A stretch of 63,041 nt of DNA, filler included, from Octopus bimaculoides (taxonomy: Eukaryota): the NCBI RefSeq assembly GCF_001194135.2. It is 6 parts of 6 records of this genome, joined end to end, with 100 filler letters (N's around TTAATTAATTAA, not from the genome) between each part and the next. Parts side by side here need not be neighbours in the genome. Positions count along the whole stretch, not along the records: positions 50,267 to 55,369 come from NC_069010.1; positions 55,470 to 58,003 come from NC_068987.1; positions 58,104 to 61,719 come from NC_068985.1; positions 61,820 to 63,041 come from NC_068993.1; 2 more parts are not named here. The stretch is one strand, 5' to 3'. Below are positions 51,043 through 61,858 of the stretch, one piece after another. How positions within the stretch are numbered: position 1 is the first letter of the stretch; every line of letters begins with the position of its first letter. The position numbers and the translations under genes were made by a program. The notes under the pieces were generated by a model. The model saw nothing but the letters and a program-made list of their open reading frames with translations. It ran no database searches and was not told the origin of the DNA.

Positions 51043-52292
51043 TTTGTTTCCTTCTTCTTTCTTATGTGTGTCTCACCTTGCTAACTATCAGCTTAAATCT
51101 AATTCTATAATTTTTATTGCTTAATTTATTTAATGAATAAATTTTTAAAGAATTTCTTCCAATTCAATTTATAATTATATTCCACCCTTAGTTTTATTTG
51201 TTTTTAAACAAACCAACGTGATTTTAATTTGTTGTAACCTTCTATACCCATCCCGTGTCTCTATTCTGTATCTAATCTCACTGAAAGTCTCTCACCTTTC
51301 CTATCATGATATTGGGACCTAGGAGGAAAGAATTCGGTGGGAGACAATTTGGTAATTATGACAGTATACACCATCAGAAACATATTTCTAAAAAATTTCA
51401 TTCAAAAGTTTTCATTTTGATTGCAATTCTGCATCAAAAAAATCCGCGGGACACAATTGTGTAGATATGCCATTGTTTCAGTTTAACAGTTAAAAAACTG
51501 AGAGCGTGGAACTTGAGAGTCACATCCATCTTGTCTGCTGAGTGTTGGATTCTGATCGAAACAAAGATGAGTTAAGTAAAATGATTTAAATTTAGCTTTA
51601 GAGAAAGGAAGCTTAAAGAAAAAAGGGAGTGGTAATGAAAGACGGTCGTAAATACTATTAGCAGGCAAGCTTAAATGTAAGCTTTGCAGTAAATTCTGTT
51701 GTGAACATAATAAGACTGTAAAATTTTATCTTAAGTTAAGTTGTGTTTAGTAGCATCGTACACACACACATCATACATCACACACACACACACACACACA
51801 TACAAAATGTAGCTCCATCGTCTATTGTTCATATGATTATAATAGAGCGATTAGATTCACGACTTTTCGGACACCCTAGATTATACAAAGAATGTACAGT
51901 TCACCTGAAGGCGTAATTGGACCAACCCCTAGGTACTAAATACTTGTAAGACTGGTTTTCTCTAAATCGACAACCGGAGTATCTAATTTGATAAAATAGG
52001 CCGGAACAACAGGTTAATTCAACAGTACCTGATGCATATCTTTTCAAATACTTTGATTCTATCTGAATCCTTTTTTTGCTATACGCGCGCGCGCACACAC
52101 AAACACACAAACCACACATACAAACGCACACACACGCATATATATATATATACATATATATATTTATAAAATTTAGATTCAGGTGAATATGGTACTTAAG
52201 TTTAGGCACCAGAATTTAGTATGGTATTATCCATACCGTTTCAAAATAAGGTGATTCAAGTCAAAATAGACAACAAGGATATCCAAAGTTAA

Positions 52293-52380
52293 TGCAGTAC
52301 GATCGTTTCATGCGACTCCATTTAATTAAGCAATGTGAACATTACATCAAACATAAAATGTAGAGTAATCTTCAGCTGCA
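52293..52380 (-). ncRNA. Hammerhead-like motif with long stem II in left inverted repeat
   Basis: tgcag-CUGAAGA-...-GAAA-cgatc-GUA-ctgca; palindromic helix III ACGAUCGU. Confidence 0.7.
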
Positions 52381-52619
52381 CAANNNNNNNNNNTCGTTTC
52401 ATGCGACTCCATTTAATTAAGCAATGTGAACATTACATCAAACATAAAATGTAGAGTAATCTTCAGCTGCACAAAGATATAGAAATTTAATTAAATTACA
52501 TTTAAACAGGACATATTTTTATAATTAAATCTAAACTATCCAAGTAAAAAGGAGGAATACAAAAAACCGTTTTGACTTAGCTAGACTATACGGGCTAGTA
52601 AATAAGTACTATAACTGAT

Positions 52620-52943
52620 TATTATATTTATGTGGGTTGTTCGATTAATTTGAAACAGCGTATATATAGCCACCACTCATCTTTTAGACTTAAACATAAG
52701 GCTAATTGTACGTCGTTATCAAAATAACTTTGTGAATTAAAGGACAGTGGTACCAGTTTTAGCTTTAAATAGGAAATTATAAGAGAAGCTCAACCTTATA
52801 GAAATATCAGATATGGATGTGAGCTATGTTCCATGGAAACATATGAAATTTTTAAGCTTAAAAACTATACTAATAATATAGTAGAGCTTAGAGTATTGTA
52901 TGTACACTGTTCCACTCGCACTTTTAAATATTTTAGAAAGTAG
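52620..52943 (+). pseudogene. PLE-type GIY-YIG endonuclease domain, two in-frame stops
   Basis: YIYVGCSINLKQRIYSHHSSFRLKHKANCTSLSK*LCELKDSG..FK*EIIREAQPY...CELCSMETYEI; both stops are one base from the expected Y and W codons. Confidence 0.88.
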
Positions 52944-53879
52944 CAAACTTATATAGTGTGGTATTTTAATATCTACCATGTTTATTTTAGTCTATAATTA
53001 GTGCATAAGTGAGTACACCCTATAGCATTAACTGTCCTGTGGGTACTATTGGACTATAGTCATTATAAATACAAGCTAAAGCATTAACTTTCCTTTAGTC
53101 TAGATTGGATTGTAGTTACTATAGAGATAAGCTAATTAAGTAAATTTTAAACAAGTTTAGTTTTAGATATTTCATATATGAAACACTTTCTATAATTTCT
53201 TATTTATTGTGATTACTAAATCATACATTAACTTCATCTTGATGTCAGAGATTCGACTAATTTATACACTTTTCCTTTCCATGATGTGTTTTCTTACTCT
53301 ACATTAATATTTTATACCTCATAATTACCTCCAGACTTACCTATTTTGGCACCCCTATAAATCCTTATAATATACAAATATGGGTATCTTCACTTCGTCC
53401 TTATAAATACAAGCTATAAAATTAACTTTCCCTTAGTCTAGATTGGATTGTAGTTACCATAGAGATAAGCTAATCAAGTAAATTTGAATAATTTTAGATT
53501 TAGATATTGGATATATTAAATATTTTCTTTAATTCTTATCTATTGTGATTACTAAAATCACATATTGAAATTGAAATTTAACTTTTATAGCAAAGTCTTG
53601 ATCTCTCAACTTAATGTATTATCTTCCTGTGAAAACTAGAATTTTAACTTTATCCATTGATGGTATATGGTTTTACTTAAATTTTTCCATATCACATTTG
53701 CTATTGCTGTTAGTTTAGTGTGTATTTTACTTAACTTTAATTAATAGGATGTTTGAAATTTTTTAATACTTTTTAAATAGTTTTTAAACCTGTTTAAATT
53801 TTATTTGATGCCTGACCCTAAAGGATTCATGTTATTCCATTGTTGCTGTAGTGTTATCATTGTTATTTATGGGTGACTT

Positions 53880-54800
53880 AAATAAATCGAAGCCTTTTTC
53901 CGTTATTATTTTGTACTTAGCCTATGTTAGTCCATACAAATTCCTGATAATTTAAGATAGTGCAATCTAATTAAATTAGGACATAATTATCATGTTGTTT
54001 AATAATAGTTTAGTTCACCATTATATACTATGTTAATTCCAATCGTTCATTTTATCAGATATTTAAACCTTGATGAGACCATCATTATACACCATGTAAA
54101 TCCAATGTATCAATTCTTTATATTAACTGTATAATAAATGTGTTTCTTATGTGTCCTTTTAATGATACTAGATATACAAGTTTAATCTTAAAATTTTAGT
54201 CCAACATATATATAAAATTTAATTTCACATCTTATCTATGGTTCCTCTAAATTGGTGTAAATAAGTCTAAATGTACTTTACCATAGCATTTTAAATTAAT
54301 GCCACTTCATTGTTTTTGTATATTGCCTTACTTGATTATTTACATTATTATACACTATTTCATTTTATTTCATTCTTAATTTATAATTAGCTTTTAGTTA
54401 TTCACATATTAATTAAGCAAATATTGGTATCTCATGTATTTCAAACTTAGCAAATATAATTACTGATATATTATTCTAATTAATTAAAACTATGAATAAC
54501 CATTTACTGTATCTGTATACAATATAGCAACTTTATTTTATATACGTTTAACCTAGGTGCTTTATGATAAGGCTTCCCTTGTTCCATTATAAACTGGTCT
54601 GCTAGTAGAGAACTCCCTCCCCTATGGTAGTTTGTCACCAAATCCTAAGAAATTTTATAACTATATCATCCATGTTTACTGTCTATACTGTTTACCCTTA
54701 CCCTAAAAACAAAATGCCAGTGTCCTCTTAGGCTTTGAATCACTAGGTCTCATAAGATAGTCCATAAATCAGACAAACAAAATCAAATAAAATCAGTGAG
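53880..54800 (-). pseudogene. Putative decayed family-B DNA polymerase (exonuclease region), intron-less
   Basis: Ordered motifs: FDFVC (ExoI-like, 54787), LYTDTVNGY (ExoII-like, 54522), CYGKVHLDLFTPI*RNHR*DVKLNFI (54282), KQHDNYVLI*L...ILNYQEF (ExoIII-like, 53994), NGKRLRFI (GQQIRV-like, 53901); the last four share one frame; many stops. Confidence 0.5.
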
Positions 54801-54957
54801 AGTTAAAAATCTGCTTAGATTTATTTACCAGCCTGTATGGTCTAGCTAAGTCAAAACGGTTTTTTGTATTCCTCCTTTTTACTTGGAAAGTTTCGATTTA
54901 ATTATAAAAATATGTCCATCTGTTTAAATGTAGTTTCATTAAATTTATATACTTTTG

Positions 54958-55045
54958 TGCAGCTGAAGATTGCTCTACATTCTATATTTAATGTAATGTT
55001 TACATTGCTTAATTAAATGGAATCGCATGAAACGATTGTGCTGCA
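54958..55045 (+). ncRNA. Hammerhead-like motif in right inverted repeat (cleavage triplet mutated to GUG)
   Basis: tgcag-CUGAAGA-...-GAAA-cgatt-GUG-ctgca. Confidence 0.6.
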
Positions 55046-55073
55046 TTAACTTTGGATGTGTGTTGCTTATTTT

Positions 55074-55106
<33 letters not shown>

Positions 55107-55109
<3 letters not shown>

Positions 55110-55350
55110 GAGAATATACAAAAAATAACAACAGACGAGGACAGGTGGTGTAAATAACAAAAGTATATATTAGTATGACGCTCGGGAATACGGAAAGGGC
55201 AGGGAATCGTCAATTAGTAATAAAATTAATAATTAACAATTTTGCCAAGTAGTTCAGTATGAAAAAAACCTTTATCGGTAAAACCATTTATAATCATAAA
55301 TACAGGGATTAGCATGAGTTGCTTCTCCAACATACTGAAAATTTAGAAAT
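55107..55350 (-). mobile_element. Second copy of the 27788 repeat family, sharing a (TA)n tract with the composite element
   Basis: 55107-55197 is the reverse complement of ~27845-27932. Confidence 0.75.
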
Positions 55351-55680
55351 AGCAGTCAAAGAACTACTGNNNNNNNNNNNNNNNNNNNNNNNNNNNNNNN
55401 NNNNNNNNNNNNNTTAATTAATTAANNNNNNNNNNNNNNNNNNNNNNNNNNNNNNNNNNNNNNNNNNNNTATCACAAGTATCGCTCAGACAATCGGATGT
55501 TATTCAGTGCTGGTTACAACGCGTTGTTCTTCCAAACACTTCCTCGACTGCACCAATCTATACCAACTTGACCCTAGTAATTTTACTAATTCGTCTTCTC
55601 GTCGTCGTGGAGGCCTTCCGAATTGACTGTTCCGATGTTTGTTTACCTGTTGAAGATTACCTGTAAAACATTATTGAAAT

Positions 55681-55902
55681 AAACAATTGCAGCGTGGAAG
55701 GTGTTTATAAGCCATTTAAGAAACACACAAAATCCGTTAGATTCACTTCAGCATTTAAATTTAATTTGCCAAAATATTTTCGTCGCTTTGAGACCGCGAC
55801 CTGTTCACTGACAAATTCCGTGCAGCACGGAATTTTGTGAATCTAACGGTTTTTGTGTGTTTCTTAAATGGCTTATAAACACCTTCCACGTTGCAATTGT
55901 TT
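55681..55902. repeat. Asymmetric palindrome: ~66-bp outer arms and a 23-bp central hairpin
   Basis: 55681-55746 pairs with 55837-55902; aaattccgtgc-a-gcacggaattt at 55813-55835. Confidence 0.9.
55766..55814 (-). ncRNA. Minimal hammerhead-like motif with G3:C8 swapped core
   Basis: ttgtca-GUGAACA-g-gtcgc/ggtctcaaa/gcgac-GAAA-ata-UUU-tggcaa; palindromic helix III AAUAUU. Confidence 0.6.
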
Positions 55903-56244
55903 TCGTTCCAGCACACGATCTTAGATCAGGTCACTTGCTATGCAAGTACATCTCCGTAATTATTGAAATATACGTAATGAAAATTTCAAAATATTAATTT
56001 TCTGTGTATATTGTAACAATAGGGGCTTCACCTCCCAGCAAGGCTTGACTACATACTTATGCTATTTTAAACAAAGCATTATAAGAGCCTGGAAGTTTAA
56101 CGTGGTTTCTAAATTGAGTCTTGGCCCGATGTTAATTTCTGCGTTGCAAATTAGGGACTCCTTCATAGAGTTACTGCTGTATTTGTCGAGTATATAAACA
56201 GTTTGGCTGCCTGTTTCTCTGGAGACTGTAAGAATGATATAGAC

Positions 56245-56287
56245 ACCTCTGATGAGAACCTAATAATGTTCGAAAATCGATTAAGGT
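56245..56287 (+). ncRNA. Canonical minimal hammerhead ribozyme
   Basis: acct-CUGAUGA-gaac/ctaataat/gttc-GAAA-atcga-UUA-aggt; palindromic helix III AAUCGAUU. Confidence 0.75.
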
Positions 56288-56429
56288 TGTTCATCATCTT
56301 TTCAGCCTGCGGAGAAATGGCTAAAATTTACCCTGTTTATAATTATACCAGGTATCCGGACTGTTGCCACAGTAACGAATCTAAAGTACGCAAAGTGAAG
56401 CTGCAGGGCAAAGATTGACCTTGAACTCT

Positions 56430-56710
56430 GTTGGGCTTGCGTACTAAGTTTTAACATTCTAGTTCACTACTGCTGTTTACAACAGTGCTTGGGAGGAAGG
56501 TGTGTAGCGTGTGATCGTCGCATTGACCATGACAGAGAAAGTTGTCATGGTGATACCTGCTTAGAGGCCTGCGTAAAGTTGCAGAAAGTGTACGGAGGGG
56601 AGTGTATGACCCACACACAAGTGTACGAGTGATTCAGACGTTTCCAAGGTGGCCGAAAAATGTCGATATTGACGAATATTCTGGGAGACCTGAAACCAGA
56701 AAGACTGAGA
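56430..56710 (+). mobile_element. Mariner 5' end with HTH remnant
   Basis: DTCLEACVKLQKVYGGECMTHTQVYE*FRRFQGGRKNVDIDEYSGRP. Confidence 0.85.
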
Positions 56711-56849
56711 ATATATGTATGTATGTATGTATATATATAATATATATGTATAGTCATATATTTATAGGCATATACATATATGTATGTATATGTATATATA
56801 TACAAAATATACATATTATATATATATACATAAATATATATATATAAAT

Positions 56850-56891
<42 letters not shown>

Positions 56892-57235
56892 GTATATATA
56901 TGTCATACATACCCTATCGGTGTGACATCACTCATTTATTACGTCGAGTCTATTTCTGTCTGTCTCTCAAACGCATATGCATTGTCTCGCTGTCATTTCT
57001 TTAAAAATTCATAAACACGCATATACATATGTACACATAAATATATACACACTTTCATACAAATGACAAAAGAGAAAAAAATAATTCAAAGAAATCACAT
57101 AGACTTGTTCTCAAACAAATCGGCATAAATTATAATCGTATACAAAACAAGCGGCCTTTAGTACACATATGCACACACATATAGACATGTCAATTCACAC
57201 ACACACACACATGCATACATACATATATATAATTG

Positions 57236-57286
<51 letters not shown>

Positions 57287-57601
57287 TCGTACATACACAC
57301 ACATACGAGCAATCACAAAAATACACATACTCTATGCATGCAAAAAACACGAACCAAATCATTAGATGCGTAACTACGCACATACATAGTCCATCACAAA
57401 CAAATACACTCGCATACACACAAACACCTACACAAACACATATACGCACATACACACACGTATACATACACACACACACATAAATTACTCTCAGGCACAC
57501 ACAGATATTACTCTCACGCACACACTTAATCTGAAGATGGTGTGTCAGTGATTAAGCAAATCAATAGAACTGAGAATAAAAGCCAGTTCATTTTAGGAGC
57601 C

Positions 57602-57640
57602 AGCCAATCACGGCGTCTGTTTTCACACTAATGCGCATGT
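57602..57640 (+). promoter_or_regulatory. Possible promoter elements (AGCCAATCA CCAAT box, TGCGCATG)
   Basis: Motif match only, in a short non-repeat island. Confidence 0.2.
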
Positions 57641-59034
57641 CACTAATCTGCTATTCATAGCTCCAGATGTACTTTATACAAAAGCTCTTATTGTTTTTTG
57701 ACTTCGTTTTTGTTTAGACTGCCGTGACGTATTCTTGATTTTAATTAAATTTTGTTGTTGAGTTTTCCGATAAATCTCTACAATTTTGTATGCATTTGTG
57801 TGTATGGACGGATGTGTATGTCAGTGTATGCATGTGTGTGTGTTTATGTGTGTGTGTTTATGTGTGTGTATGTGTGTGTATGTGTGTATAAATTTTTGTG
57901 TGCCTATATCTATATATTTAGAACGGTATGTATGTGTGTGCTTATGTTTTGATCGGCGTGTGTGGTATTTCTGGATGGATGAATACATATGTATATATGT
58001 ATANNNNNNNNNNNNNNNNNNNNNNNNNNNNNNNNNNNNNNNNNNNNTTAATTAATTAANNNNNNNNNNNNNNNNNNNNNNNNNNNNNNNNNNNNNNNNN
58101 NNNTATATATATATATATATATATGTATATGTATATATATATATACATATACTTATGTATATTTATATACATATACAAATGTATATATGTCTGTTAATAT
58201 AGACACATGCATATTAATATATTTATATTAAGATATTTATATATTCACATGTGTATCTATCTATATATACATATGTGCGTATAAAAGTGTATGTATGTAT
58301 GTATGTATGTATGCGTGTGTGCATGTATGTATTTATGTATGTATGTATGTATGTATGTGTGTATGTATGTATGTAGGTAAGATTATTGTTTTCAAATCCC
58401 TTTAAGAATATGAATAGAACATTTACTGAGACTCAATATTGAGTGCGGAAAGAAATGTGTTACAACATTGGCTTTGACGTAGACTATAAGTTTGTGTAAA
58501 TAACTTCAATCAAATTTGAAGTTTCACAGTTTTGAAGTAATTTTCAGAACGTTTAGAACACTTAATTTTGATTTATTATTTGTTCCTAACTACTTTATAA
58601 GAATAAGTGTTATGGAAGAGTGCCTGATGTTTGTTCTTATTGACTGATCTTGATCACGTGGTGGAATCACTGTTTTCCTGGCTTGAATGCTCTTGGTTGT
58701 CTATAAATTTCCTTTACATAACTAGGTTGGCATCAAACCTTTTAATTTCATATCCTGCAGTTTATTAACGTAGAAAAATTGATGAGTAACCTACGTTATC
58801 ATTGCCTCTTCGGGATAGGCATCTTTTGCTTCCAGCATAAAGAGTGTACGATTCACGATTTGGATCGTTATTATATTTTAAAGAAAATATAGTTTGTATT
58901 TATAGTAGAAACATCACATGCGATCAACATTTTTACGTTATTATAATGAATTTCAACTTCCGGTCACAATTAGGTTCATACGCTGTTTCTTTCGGGCTAT
59001 TCCTCTTACTAGTTATCAATTTATATATAGGCCT

Positions 59035-59357
59035 GCTGATACTTCGTCGGTTGCGACGACAAGCGTTCCAGCTGTTAGGAACGCTTGTTGAAACGTCTGC
59101 TCGTGAAATTAGCGTGTAAGCGGCTAAGCACTCTACAGACACGCGTACTCTTAACGTATTTCTCAGGACTCAGCTTGACACAGAGTATGACAAGGCTGAC
59201 CCTTTTGACCTGCAGGTACAACTCATTTTAGCCACTTGAGTGGGCCGGAGCAATGAGAAATAATGTCTAGCTCAAGGATAAAACGCGCCGCTGGGAATCG
59301 AAATCACGGGCTTACGGTCGAGAGTCAAATACCTCAGCCACTAAACCTAGCGTCTCC
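59035..59357 (-). mobile_element. tRNA-derived SINE (third family)
   Basis: Head tggagacgctaggtttagtggc...gatttcgattccc on the minus strand. Confidence 0.7.
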
Positions 59358-60799
59358 ACAACATTACATAGATTTCGAGGTTGAAAACTGCCTAATTGCT
59401 GAAATATCAATGAAACTTGCAAAGAAACAAACGATGGGTAAGCTGCGTATTGTAATTATTGTCACAATGTACCTTGTAATCTAGTCATTTACTCGATAGT
59501 CTTGCATAAATATAACTCAAAAATAAACTAACTTTAGGCTACGTCTAACTAATGAAATATTCTTTTCTCTTTGTGTGTTTTTAGAGATAAAAACAAATTA
59601 CTACCATATCAGATCATAACAATGCAAATATACAATTATTAAAGAGTCAGTTGACTAATGTGCAGTAAAGCGATACACAGAATTTCTCATCATAAAAACA
59701 TACTTTTTTATTAGAGAGGAGTACGAACGCAAATAAAGAAAAGGATTTATATAAATATTAGACTGAATAAATATATAAATAATCAGGAGTGAACTTAATT
59801 TATTTGAACAATGTTGAAGTAACGATAGAGGGATGGTAGACCGAAAACTGTGTAAGAGCAAATAATAGAGGATGCATTTCTGCGAAATGTCCCAAATCTC
59901 CACTTCCTATTTTTGTCTCTTTAGCATCCTACGATACAGCAAGAGTGCCGATATATCTCTAAATGTCTGCTTAAGCTATTCACTAACCCCTTCATTGTAT
60001 GGCATGTCCGTGTGCTCCAGAGCATGGAAGGCAATATCCGTGTGTGTGCGTGTGTGTGTGAGTGTGAGGAGGTGCCTGTGTGTGTGTGTGTGTGTGTGCA
60101 CGCGCGCGTTTTTATTGTTCTCATGTTGGCGGTGTGGTTTCTTCGCGGGCTGTTTTTATATTTTTATGGCTCTTATTTCCACTCTTGATGCTGGTGTTGC
60201 TGTTGTAACTGCTAATTCCTGCCCTGCAGTTGTTCTGCAACCACTGGTGATGCAGTTGCATACTGCTGTCGTGGTTGCTGCAGTTTTTGTCCGTGGCTTT
60301 TAAAAGTTGTTGATACAGTCTGAACCATCGTGTTCACTTCTATTAATTTCTTATTTGTGTGGTGGTTGTGGTGGTGTTCAAAATATACGATTTGCTGCTG
60401 CTGATTTTTTTTCGAGATTCGTTACTCGACATATAATTTTTCTTGCTGTTGCCGCTACTGTCGTTTTTGTCATTGATACAGTGTTAGGAATTTTCGGGGA
60501 TAGAAAATGACAGCGAAGAACATTTTCACCTTCAAAGTCTTCAGCCATCTTTCTTTTATTGCTGGCTACGAAGATGACACCATGTTGAACCTTTTTAAAG
60601 TCTACAAAAACATTTTTCTTTCCAATTTTTTCGCATTGTAGAGTCCGTAAACCAAACAGTAGATCAAGCTACTACGGAAACAAGATGCAACAATAGAATT
60701 AATAAACTGAATCTCCGAATAAGGAGCACAACAAAGCACAAACATACGGAGTTTTTGAAACACAACAAGCTTGGGTGTTAAACAACAGAAACAACAACA

Positions 60800-61135
60800 A
60801 TAATGGTTTCAAATTTTGGCGCAAGGCGAGCAATGTCGAGGGAGGTATAAGTCGATTACGTCGACTCCAGATTTCAACTTGTACTTATCTTATCGACCCC
60901 CAAATAATGAATGGCAAGTCCGGCCTCGGTGCAATTTGAACTCAGAGGAAATGCTCCCCCCTCCAAAGTTTTCAAGAGAAACCTAGACGATTACAGCGAT
61001 CCCAGTACTTGATTGGTCATTATTTCATCATTGCTAAAAGGATATAAATACAATATCGACCTCGGTGGAAGTTAACTCGTACTGTAAAGCCGGATTAGGT
61101 GTCACTAAGCATTTTCACCGAGGTGCTAATGATTC
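60800..61135 (-). mobile_element. Two decayed SINE fragments (12245 family)
   Basis: aaattttggcgcaaggc...tcgacccc...gacctcgg...gaactcaga motifs. Confidence 0.65.
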
Positions 61136-61178
61136 TGCTGTTTCTGCTGCTGCTGCTGCTGCAACAACAACAACAACA

Positions 61179-61219
<41 letters not shown>

Positions 61220-61614
61220 AATGACATATGTCTATAATGATATATTGTATCGTAATATCCCTCAGGAAGTAAAACTGAAAGCATTTCTTCAGATGCACGA
61301 GTATGATGCTAATTAACTAAACTGAAATCTAGGTATTACATATTCAAACAAGATTTAGAAAGTAATAGTAATGTAGTTATAAATCAAAAAAGGCCTTCAG
61401 TAGCTGTAGTAGAGGATATGAGGTTCTTATGTGAAATCTTATTTCATATCTTGATGTCATTTTTCTTAAAATTTATTTCTATAATTCAGTTTTGATAAAT
61501 ATATATATTGTGTGCTCCATAATCCAACATAGAAGAATTTGTTATATATATACGGAAGTGATCTCATACAAACACACACACACAAACGTATGTGTGTACG
61601 AATGTATCTATCTG

Positions 61615-61620
61615 CCTGTG

Positions 61621-61689
<69 letters not shown>

Positions 61690-61715
61690 GCCTATCTATC
61701 TATCTATCTATCTAT
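61615..61715. repeat. (TATC)n microsatellite
   Basis: Direct reading. Confidence 0.95.
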
Positions 61716-61819
61716 ATATNNNNNNNNNNNNNNNNNNNNNNNNNNNNNNNNNNNNNNNNNNNNTTAATTAATTAANNNNNNNNNNNNNNNNNNNNNNNNN
61801 NNNNNNNNNNNNNNNNNNN

Positions 61820-61858
<39 letters not shown>

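Larger units (their letters stand above)
52258..55078 (+). mobile_element. Composite Penelope-like element: inverted HHR repeats, GIY-YIG, ~1.9-kb AT-rich cargo
   Basis: 52258-52605 is the reverse complement of 54822-55078 (allowing for an artefactual duplication across the 10-N gap); right end abuts (TA)n. Confidence 0.85.

Noticed and set aside
51901-52090. Minus-strand open frame ending at a CAG/gtgaac donor-like site
   Set aside because: No recognisable protein and an ambiguous acceptor; insufficient support.
52394-52473. Apparent tandem duplication of the hammerhead-bearing repeat
   Set aside because: Exact copy on either side of a 10-N gap; most likely an unmerged contig overlap.
52400-55000. 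Possible mitochondrial insertion (NUMT) suggested by extreme AT content
   Set aside because: No recognisable rRNA, tRNA or OXPHOS motifs; inverted HHR repeats and GIY-YIG explain the region better.
52258-55078. Polinton/Maverick interpretation (TIRs plus PolB)
   Set aside because: Motifs resemble RNA-primed rather than protein-primed PolB, the repeats contain PLE-type hammerheads, and no integrase, capsid or ATPase remnants were seen.
59872-60600. Several 56-143 aa ORFs near the window end
   Set aside because: Low-complexity or unrecognisable peptides without consistent splice signals.
1842-61775. Dozens of long ORFs rich in YI/HT/CV/MYVC or X
   Set aside because: Translations of microsatellites and N gaps; no coding signal.
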